From: Verrucomicrobiota bacterium
Lineage (GTDB): Bacteria; Verrucomicrobiota; Verrucomicrobiia; Limisphaerales; SXQI01
Reading direction: 5' to 3'
Length of the DNA: 64,000 bases
Assembly (NCBI GenBank): GCA_033762115.1
Contig: JANRLX010000134.1
Location: forward strand, 61,615-125,614
Shown here: positions 39,090 to 46,261 of the stretch, piece after piece
Position numbering within the stretch: position 1 is the first letter of the stretch
How the letters are laid out: each line of letters begins with the position of its first letter
Translations under genes and position numbers: made by a program
The notes under the pieces: model-generated
Seen by the model: only the letters and a program-made list of their open reading frames with translations
Database searches by the model: none
Told to the model about the DNA's origin: nothing

Positions 39090-40289
39090 CTATTTTTGCT
39101 GCTGAGCCGCTTGCTGGTTTGGGTCGACCGGGTTTTGAGGCTCGCGACTCAATTGTAGCCTGACTTCGCGTGATTTTCCATCCCTCCGTTCCGGGATCAG
39201 GATTTTATCCTCCACGTTGGTCAGGATGCGTGAAAGGAACTCGGTACGGAGTCGCTGCGCGAATAATTCCTTGTTGTTGCGATAATGCGGCAGTTGATCC
39301 TGATAATATTTTGCCTCTGCGGCAATGGCTTGTACCAGCCGGGTGCGGGCAGTCTGCCCGGCATTTACAATCCCGGTCGCCTCTCCCTGGGCTGTGCTTA
39401 ATATCCGGTTGGCATAAGCACGGGCATCATCGCGAGCCTTTCGCCGTTCAATATCCGCTGCAAAGGCCTGCTCGAAAGCGTTCTTGACCTGCCGTGGCGG
39501 GATTGTGCGAACTTCCGCCTGTTCGATTACGATGCCGAGATTTTGTCGATCAACCAGGTCGCGGACACGGGCGATGACCTTTTCCTGAAAACCAACCTTG
39601 TCCAGCGTAAGCGCCTGATCCACGGTGGTTCGAGAAGAGGCCCAGAACAAGGCATTGTCCAGGGCATTCTGCACCACGTTGGAAGCATTGACAAAATTCA
39701 GCAGGTAATCCAGCGGTTGCGAGATTCGATATCGCAACGTCGCCCGAACGTGAATGATATTTCCGTCCGCAGTCAGAGTGTAACCATCCGCTGCGGGATT
39801 GAGAGATGGGCCCGGTTCCGCTTCAGAATTGGTTGCTTCCTCCTCGGGAGTGGTGGCATACCATCCTGTAGTCGAGGTCACCGTCTGGATTTCACCGATG
39901 GGAATCCTGACCACCTCGTCAATGGGGTAGGGGAATGACCAGTGTAACCCAGGCCCAAGCAATTGTTCAGGGCCGGTGCCAACAGGTTTTCCGAACCGCA
40001 AAATGATCGCCTTTTCCTGCGAACTGACTGTGAAAACTCCAGACGCAAAGAAGACGATAACCAGGATCACCATCACAATTTTGACGATGACAAAACTGCT
40101 GCGCAAAGCCTCCGACAAAGCCTGGGAACCCGCGTCTTCAACCGGTGCGGGAATTGGTTCAGGGGCCGGTGCTTCAGCTTTTTTGCGGCTCAGGTCAATC
40201 TCACCTGTTCCGGAGGGGTGGGCGCGGTTTTTATGATCATGCCCATGGGCGTGATCGTGATCATGGTGCTGATGATCGTGGTCACTCAT
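39090..40289 (-). CDS. HflK-like SPFH protein with His-rich N-terminus
   Basis: One TM helix; ILRFGK, PGLHWSFPYPIDEV, TLTADGNII, PPRQVKNAF, ARAYANRI..AQGEA; N-terminus MSDHDHQHHDHDHAHGHDH. Confidence 0.9.
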   Translation of the reverse strand: MSDHDHQHHDHDHAHGHDHKNRAHPSGTGEIDLSRKKAEAPAPEPIPAPVEDAGSQALSEALRSSFVIVKIVMVILVIVFFASGVFTVSSQEKAIILRFGKPVGTGPEQLLGPGLHWSFPYPIDEVVRIPIGEIQTVTSTTGWYATTPEEEATNSEAEPGPSLNPAADGYTLTADGNIIHVRATLRYRISQPLDYLLNFVNASNVVQNALDNALFWASSRTTVDQALTLDKVGFQEKVIARVRDLVDRQNLGIVIEQAEVRTIPPRQVKNAFEQAFAADIERRKARDDARAYANRILSTAQGEATGIVNAGQTARTRLVQAIAAEAKYYQDQLPHYRNNKELFAQRLRTEFLSRILTNVEDKILIPERRDGKSREVRLQLSREPQNPVDPNQQAAQQQK

Positions 40290-41209
40290 GGAGTTTTTGG
40301 CGCAGGCCGGTTGCTGTTGGTTGAAAGGGAACCGCTGAGCAGGTCAAAAGGAGGGGTCCTTTCATCAAGGATCAATGTCGAGCGATCTTTCAATGACTGC
40401 TCCAGTGCGTTCAGTTTCAGCAGGAACACAGCAAGCTCAGGGTGCTCCGAAAAAACCGCGAATGATTTCGCCGCTTCGGCATCTGCTTCGCCCCGGATTG
40501 CCGTGGCTTCCGCTTCTGCTTTGGCAATAATTTCATTTCGGTCCCGGTCAGCCGCGCTCCGGATGTTCATTGCTTCGGCTTCTCCCATTGCACGGAGTCG
40601 CTCCACTTCTCGCTGACGTTCAGCAGTCATGCGATCAAAAACCTTTTGGGTGACGCTCTCCGGCAAACCAAGTCGTTTGATGCCGAGAAACTGAATGCCA
40701 ATTCCATACTTGGACAATGCCTGTTCGCGAATGCTGTCCAGCATCGCTTTTTCAATTTCGGCGAACTGCAACTGTTTTGGATCGGTTGAAATAAAATTCG
40801 AAAAGGGATGCCGCCCGATCACGGCGTTTTTTGAGCTCCGAATGAGCGATTTCAGGGTTGGTTCGGCAGCCGCAGCCGTCCCAGCCGGAAAGCTGTTGAA
40901 GAACTCAGCAGGCTTTTCAATCGTCCAGCCAACGTAAACTGAAGCGAGCAGGTTGTAACCGTCTCGGGTGTAGGTCTGCTCGAAATCATCTTCGAAGTTC
41001 TGCACCCGCTTATCAAAACGATAAACCTTCTGGATCGGGTAGGGCCATTTCCATTTCAGACCGGGCTGCTCGGAATAAGTGCGGGTGGGACGATCAAAGG
41101 TCGTCACCACCACCACCTCTGTCTGCCTCACCTGGAAGGTGAACAGCAGCAGGACAAAAATGATTAACAGGATAAATCCGACAAACAATGTCAGTGAGTT
41201 GCGTCTCAT
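40286..41209 (-). CDS. HflC-like SPFH protein
   Basis: FQVRQTE.VVVTTF, PGLKWKWPYPIQ, GIKRLGLP...VFDRMTAER, IRGEADAEAAK, PPFDLL. Confidence 0.92.
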   Translation of the reverse strand: MRRNSLTLFVGFILLIIFVLLLFTFQVRQTEVVVVTTFDRPTRTYSEQPGLKWKWPYPIQKVYRFDKRVQNFEDDFEQTYTRDGYNLLASVYVGWTIEKPAEFFNSFPAGTAAAAEPTLKSLIRSSKNAVIGRHPFSNFISTDPKQLQFAEIEKAMLDSIREQALSKYGIGIQFLGIKRLGLPESVTQKVFDRMTAERQREVERLRAMGEAEAMNIRSAADRDRNEIIAKAEAEATAIRGEADAEAAKSFAVFSEHPELAVFLLKLNALEQSLKDRSTLILDERTPPFDLLSGSLSTNSNRPAPKTP

Positions 41210-41222
41210 AGAAGTTGGAACA

Positions 41223-43094
41223 TCAATTTTTTGGCGGCGGGACTGCGATGGTGTCCAGCAGTTCCCGGCGCACCTTGTCTTCGAGGTTAAGTGTGATCAC
41301 CTCATCTGTGTTGGTGCTCGTGATCACGTACTTGCGGGAATTGGTGCTTCCCACGCTAAAGGCATTCAGGTAGGCGCGCTGCATGAAAACTTCAGGAGAC
41401 GCCTTGTAAGCCATCACCTGGTTTGCATATTGTGCCGCCTGCGCCTGTGCGCCTGAAATTTTTCGGTTCTTATACGATTGCGCCTCGTGAATGAGCCGTT
41501 GGGCGACTGCCCTGGACAGGGACAAATTGCGTGCTGCGTAACCTTCGGCAGTTCGAAGCTTCGCTTCATTCTCCTGCCGGACTGCGATGACTGATTCGTA
41601 AGAGGGAGCTACCTTGATCGGCGGATGAATATCCTGCAATCCAACAAAGATAATGTTTACCCCAAGCTTAAGCTCATCCGAACGTTCCTGGATCAACTTC
41701 TTAAGCTGTTCTGATGCATGCGCTCGACCACTGGACATGATGTCAAAAATGTCTGCTCCAACAAGAAAACGAATGACCTCGCGAGTGGCAATTTTTTCCA
41801 GGAGACTGGCAGCGTCGGTATAATTATAAACCCACGCTTTGATATCCTTGATTTGGAACTGCACAGGAATGCTGACAGTCAGCAAATCCACCGGGACGCT
41901 TTGATCAGCGGCTGGATTGTTCGTGCCTGCCTGTTGATCGCGACTGGCCACGAGAAGGTTAAATTCCTCCTTGTAATGGCTGACTGTCCAAAGAACCGTT
42001 TCCTTCCCTGCGTGCTGTTCGTCCGCCACAAATCCCACATTGAAACGCTGAATTTCATCCGTTCGGACGCGGTAGACCTTGTCAATTGGCCAGGGCATTT
42101 TGATGTGAGGGCCCGGGTTGAGAATCTTCCCGCCAGCGAGCGGCTTGCCAAAACGTTCAATGACAGCCTGCTCACCCGGCCCGATAAAAACGAAAGAGGT
42201 TGAGAACAACAATACCAGCAATTGAACGAGAATGATCCAGGCAAGCGCCCGTTCGAGAAAACGATAGAACCAGGTTTCAGAAACTTTAAACCCAAATTGG
42301 TAATCCAATGCCTGCGCAGCTGTCGTGAAGATCCCCTCAGGTTGTCCAAGCAACCCAACCAGTCTGGATTCATAAACAAGCCGCGCAGCCTGTCCGCGAA
42401 CCCGGGGCCGGTACATTTCGAAAATCAGGCTGACCAATGTTTCAACGGCAATCAGCGCCAGAATCACGCATAATGCCCGAGCCAGGTACAGGTCAGCTTG
42501 CTGAACCCCACCCCAGAGCAGCCCAACTGCAATCACGATTGCTGCCGAAACATAAGCCCCAAAAACCAGAAAACTGCCACCGGGACGGAGTAAACGGTTT
42601 TCTCCCAACCGGGCCAGATTGGCGGCATATTTGCCCAGCAGAAAAAGGATCAATGCGTTAACACCCACCAGCGAAAGCACCACCATTGGCTGGGCCGGGG
42701 CCACCACTGTCGCCTTGCGCAGCCATTTCCATAAGAAATAAACCGCTGCGGCCTGCAATATGAAAAGGACAACTGTAAAGATTGGAAGAAAGTAGCGTTC
42801 AAACTGCTCACGGGAATGTCGGGCCGGGAGTGCTTCTGCTCCTGCGCTAAAAAGGCTGGCGGCATTTTTTTCACGCGCCAGTTCGTCGAACTCCAACTTT
42901 TCAAGCTGCTCCCGTTCCTCAAGCCGCATCTGGAGATAGCTGACTAAAGCGCAGAGAAATCCGATCCCGAAGAACACCGAGCCAACCTGCCCGGAAAATG
43001 TGTGCGACACTCGTGCCAGCACAAAAAGGATCGCTCCCGCCAGCAGCAGAACCAGGAAATTGATTAATCCTATTTTTTGGGAGTTGCGTTCCAT
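41223..43094 (-). CDS. HflK-like SPFH protein fused to an N-terminal multi-pass membrane domain
   Basis: About 6-7 TM segments, then IERFGK, PGPHIKMPWPID, LQDIHPP.KVA.SYESV, AEGYA. Confidence 0.88.
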   Translation of the reverse strand: MERNSQKIGLINFLVLLLAGAILFVLARVSHTFSGQVGSVFFGIGFLCALVSYLQMRLEEREQLEKLEFDELAREKNAASLFSAGAEALPARHSREQFERYFLPIFTVVLFILQAAAVYFLWKWLRKATVVAPAQPMVVLSLVGVNALILFLLGKYAANLARLGENRLLRPGGSFLVFGAYVSAAIVIAVGLLWGGVQQADLYLARALCVILALIAVETLVSLIFEMYRPRVRGQAARLVYESRLVGLLGQPEGIFTTAAQALDYQFGFKVSETWFYRFLERALAWIILVQLLVLLFSTSFVFIGPGEQAVIERFGKPLAGGKILNPGPHIKMPWPIDKVYRVRTDEIQRFNVGFVADEQHAGKETVLWTVSHYKEEFNLLVASRDQQAGTNNPAADQSVPVDLLTVSIPVQFQIKDIKAWVYNYTDAASLLEKIATREVIRFLVGADIFDIMSSGRAHASEQLKKLIQERSDELKLGVNIIFVGLQDIHPPIKVAPSYESVIAVRQENEAKLRTAEGYAARNLSLSRAVAQRLIHEAQSYKNRKISGAQAQAAQYANQVMAYKASPEVFMQRAYLNAFSVGSTNSRKYVITSTNTDEVITLNLEDKVRRELLDTIAVPPPKN

Positions 43095-43106
43095 TTGATG
43101 CAATTG

Positions 43107-44066
43107 CTAAGTCAACTCACGATCTTCAAACATCACCAGGGCCAGGGCCAGCGTCGCGCCTAAATAAGCCAGGACATAGGCAAAAGCATTGCCCACGTAA
43201 GACCACGGGACTTTTTTTCCATTTTCCAGCGCATCGGCAAGCCAGACCAGTTGCCAGTTCGGCACCACGCTGTAAAGCACAGCCGCCCACCACTCGCCAC
43301 GCTCCGCAGGACGACCAAACAACCAGTCAGACATCAAGCCCAGCAAAAACACCGCGCTGCAAATTGCCAGCGTGGGAATCGTTTCAAGGCGTGTTGAACA
43401 AGCCAGCGCCACTGCCGCCAGCACCCAGAGTCCAAATAAAATTAGCACCGCCGCTGGAACCAGCCTCCAGTCAACTCCTGTGCCCCAGGCATGCAGCGTT
43501 CCCTCTCTGCTGAAAAAATTAATAATAATAAATGATAGCGAAATCATCAGGACGACAAAAAATGTCGCATCCGCCACAAAGGGACGGCGAAGGAAATAAT
43601 TGCTGAATCCCCCGATGCCATATCCCAGCAGGAGCAGGCCGAAGAAAATTTTCAATCCCAGTTTGTCAGGATCACCGTAGGCGTCAAAAGCCATCCTGCT
43701 GGATAACAGCGAACAAAGAAAATTAACATAGGTAAGGAGAGTCAGCGCGGATGCCAGGCCCACGTACTTGGCGATGAGGAATTGCGCCCGTCCAACGGGT
43801 TTTGCCATGACAGCCAGGGCTGTCCCGGTGCGGATTTCATGGGCAACGGAAGAGGAAGCGCTCAATGCCGCGGCGAAAAGGCCGGAAAGAAACATGACCG
43901 CCAATGTACTGTCCTTGACCAGCTTGGGATCATCCCCGAAACCGAAATAAAACACACTGCTCAGGAAAACCGTGAAACTCGCTGAAGTTGTCAAGATCAG
44001 CAGATAAATAGGCTGCCGAATCAACTCCATGAAAGCGTTCATGGCTATGGTTAAAAACTGCCGCAT
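43107..44066 (-). CDS. ABC-2-type transporter permease, first gene of the SPFH/P-ATPase operon
   Basis: EIRTGTALAVMAKPVGRAQFLIAKYVG motif; about 8 TM segments; ends FEDREL. Confidence 0.82.
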   Translation of the reverse strand: MRQFLTIAMNAFMELIRQPIYLLILTTSASFTVFLSSVFYFGFGDDPKLVKDSTLAVMFLSGLFAAALSASSSVAHEIRTGTALAVMAKPVGRAQFLIAKYVGLASALTLLTYVNFLCSLLSSRMAFDAYGDPDKLGLKIFFGLLLLGYGIGGFSNYFLRRPFVADATFFVVLMISLSFIIINFFSREGTLHAWGTGVDWRLVPAAVLILFGLWVLAAVALACSTRLETIPTLAICSAVFLLGLMSDWLFGRPAERGEWWAAVLYSVVPNWQLVWLADALENGKKVPWSYVGNAFAYVLAYLGATLALALVMFEDRELT

Positions 44067-44104
44067 CAATCAACGTGAGCTAAAGAGGTTACGTACCTCC
44101 GACT

Positions 44105-44116
44105 CATTTGCAAATG
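44105..44116. promoter_or_regulatory. Perfect 12-bp palindrome upstream of the operon (candidate operator)
   Basis: CATTTGCAAATG, about 40 bp upstream of the 44066 start. Confidence 0.3.
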
Positions 44117-44170
44117 GTTATTCCTGTCTGGTGTTCGGTGCGGGAAGATAAGGAATGTCACAAATTCGTG

Positions 44171-44193
44171 AAAGTGTGCGTTTTGCCGCACAC
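44171..44193 (-). terminator. Probable weak terminator after surA-pdxA
   Basis: Minus strand reads GTGTGCG-GCAAAA-CGCACAC then TTT, about 10 bp after the pdxA stop. Confidence 0.5.
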
Positions 44194-44202
44194 CTGTTTG
44201 GC

Positions 44203-45186
44203 TTACACTCCGGCAAGCTGCCTGGCCAGTTGGATTGCAGTTTTCATGCTCCCTGGAGATGCAATCCCTTTCCCGGCAATATTATAAGCGGTCCCATGGT
44301 CTGGTGAAGTTCGGATAAAAGGCAGGCCCAGCGTCCAATTCACCCCGCTGTCGAAGGCCACCATCTTCATTGGGGCCAATCCCTGGTCATGATACATCGC
44401 CACCACTGCATCATATGCCCCATGATAAACCTGGTGAAACAAGGTGTCGGCGGCAAAAGGGCCTTCCACATCGATTCCCTTCCGGATCGCTGCCTGCACT
44501 GCCGGGATGATCGTGGTGATTTCCTCATCTCCCAGTTTTCCTCCTTCGCCCGCATGCGGATTCAATCCGCACACTCCCACCTTTGATCTTGGAAGCTTCA
44601 GAAGTTGACAGGCTTTCTCTGCCAGTTCGATCGCCAGCAACACTTTTTCTTCTGTCAAATGGTCGGCCACTGAACGAATCGGGACATGGGTTGTGGCAAG
44701 AGCAACGCGAAGCCAGCGTCCTCGATCATCGGCCCCGAGCAACATCATCGCAGTCCGCCTGGCCCCTGCCAGATCCGAAAGAAATTCAGTTTGCCCGGTA
44801 AAGCTGTCTCTGCCGGATCGAATGATCGATTCCTTGTTTACAGGGGCTGTGACCAAAGCAGTCAGATGCTGTTCCAGGCAAAACCGGGCGCCTTCCTCAA
44901 GGTAGCGGATTGAAGCTTCCGCCGCCGGAGCAGAACCGGGCGCAATCTCGTCTGGAACGGCATTTCCTGGTTGATGAATGCAAATACGTTCGGAGGAGTC
45001 CCAGCCTGTAAATGAATGCAATGCCTCCCCAACCCCAAACTGGCTGTTTGCCTTGCGAATCCGTTTTTCATCGCCGATCAGGAGGTAGCTGATCTCATCC
45101 TTCGGCAAGAGGGATAGCGCCTTGAGCGTGACCTCGATCCCCACGCCCGTCACATCACCCGTTGCAATCCCAATCCAGCGTTTCAT
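44203..45186 (-). CDS. pdxA: 4-hydroxythreonine-4-phosphate dehydrogenase
   Basis: GDVTGVG.E, TAPVNK, GQTEFL, ATTHVP, GLNPHAGE, MYHDQGL, TLGLPFIRTSPDHGT. Confidence 0.96.
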   Translation of the reverse strand: MKRWIGIATGDVTGVGIEVTLKALSLLPKDEISYLLIGDEKRIRKANSQFGVGEALHSFTGWDSSERICIHQPGNAVPDEIAPGSAPAAEASIRYLEEGARFCLEQHLTALVTAPVNKESIIRSGRDSFTGQTEFLSDLAGARRTAMMLLGADDRGRWLRVALATTHVPIRSVADHLTEEKVLLAIELAEKACQLLKLPRSKVGVCGLNPHAGEGGKLGDEEITTIIPAVQAAIRKGIDVEGPFAADTLFHQVYHGAYDAVVAMYHDQGLAPMKMVAFDSGVNWTLGLPFIRTSPDHGTAYNIAGKGIASPGSMKTAIQLARQLAGV

Positions 45187-45194
45187 CCCGGCGC

Positions 45195-46148
45195 TTAAAA
45201 ATACCGAATGAAAGCTTTTGCCTTAAGGCGGTCAATCCATTGCTTGCGCAGCCGCCGTGTTTCATCAGTTCTTAGTTTGGCTTCAATTTCATCCCGGACT
45301 TCGGAAAGTGACTTCACGTGGGCGGGACGGGCATCCTCCACCTTCATCAGGTAAACAGCCTGGGGTGTTTCGATCACCCCTGAATGTTCTCCGGGTTTCA
45401 GGGCGAAGGCAGCCTTTGCCAGCTCCTCACGCAAAACGGAATGTTCCACCCAACCCCAGTCTCCTCCTTCCCGCGCCTGGGAACCTTGTGAATAAATCTG
45501 GGCCATTTCCGCAAAAGAAGCCCCTTTATTGATAATATCCAGAATCTCTCCCGCCACCTTTGCCGGCGAATAGGCTGAATCATTCGGGCGATTGGTCAGC
45601 ACGATCATGCGCAACTTGACCTGGTCCTGCATTTTAAAATCGCTCTGGTGGTCCAGATAAAATTTCTCGATCTTCGCAGGCGAAATCAAAGGATCATTCG
45701 GCACTTTTTGCCGCCACATCACTTCCAGGATCGTGCGTTCACGAACTTTGGTGCGGTAAGTCTCAAAAGTGATTCCCTGTGCCTGCAAGGTCTTTGTCAA
45801 TGTCAGGCGGTCCCCATACTTTTTGATGTCATCCTCAATCCGGTTCTCAATCCATGTTTCGGGCAGTTGATAGCCGGCGGTTTTAAACTCATGCAATACG
45901 AGGTGATCGTTGACAAGGATTTCAATTCGTTCCTCCTGCAGTTCGCGAATTTTCTGCTCCAGGACCTGGGGCTGGCCTGCATAACGTCGTTCGAGAAATT
46001 CCACGTCATCCCGGATAATTTGGAAAACATCCTTGTACGTGATGACCGCGTCATTCACAATCACCGCGATGCCATTGGCCACTCCCGGCTGCGCGGCGCG
46101 CAATCCTGCCGAACAAAATAAAACAGCCAGTAGAAGAAAATATCTCAT
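45195..46148 (-). CDS. surA: SurA-like periplasmic peptidyl-prolyl isomerase (parvulin)
   Basis: Signal peptide from ATG 46148; IAVIVND.VIT SurA-N; F.EMA..YS....GGDWGW parvulin; conserved surA-pdxA order. Confidence 0.8.
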   Translation of the reverse strand: MRYFLLLAVLFCSAGLRAAQPGVANGIAVIVNDAVITYKDVFQIIRDDVEFLERRYAGQPQVLEQKIRELQEERIEILVNDHLVLHEFKTAGYQLPETWIENRIEDDIKKYGDRLTLTKTLQAQGITFETYRTKVRERTILEVMWRQKVPNDPLISPAKIEKFYLDHQSDFKMQDQVKLRMIVLTNRPNDSAYSPAKVAGEILDIINKGASFAEMAQIYSQGSQAREGGDWGWVEHSVLREELAKAAFALKPGEHSGVIETPQAVYLMKVEDARPAHVKSLSEVRDEIEAKLRTDETRRLRKQWIDRLKAKAFIRYF

Positions 46149-46261
46149 CAATTTCGTTACTGTACGAACTGTTCGCGGCAGGTCAAGGCAGGCATGTTCG
46201 TTTTTGGAAGCTCGGGGACCCGCTTTTGCGAGCATTTAAAAGATGACTTCCCAGCGGGAGC

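Noticed and set aside
44110..44125. Possible sigma54 promoter on the minus strand (GGAATAACCATTTGC)
   Set aside because: The GG-to-GC spacing is 11 nt, not the required 10.
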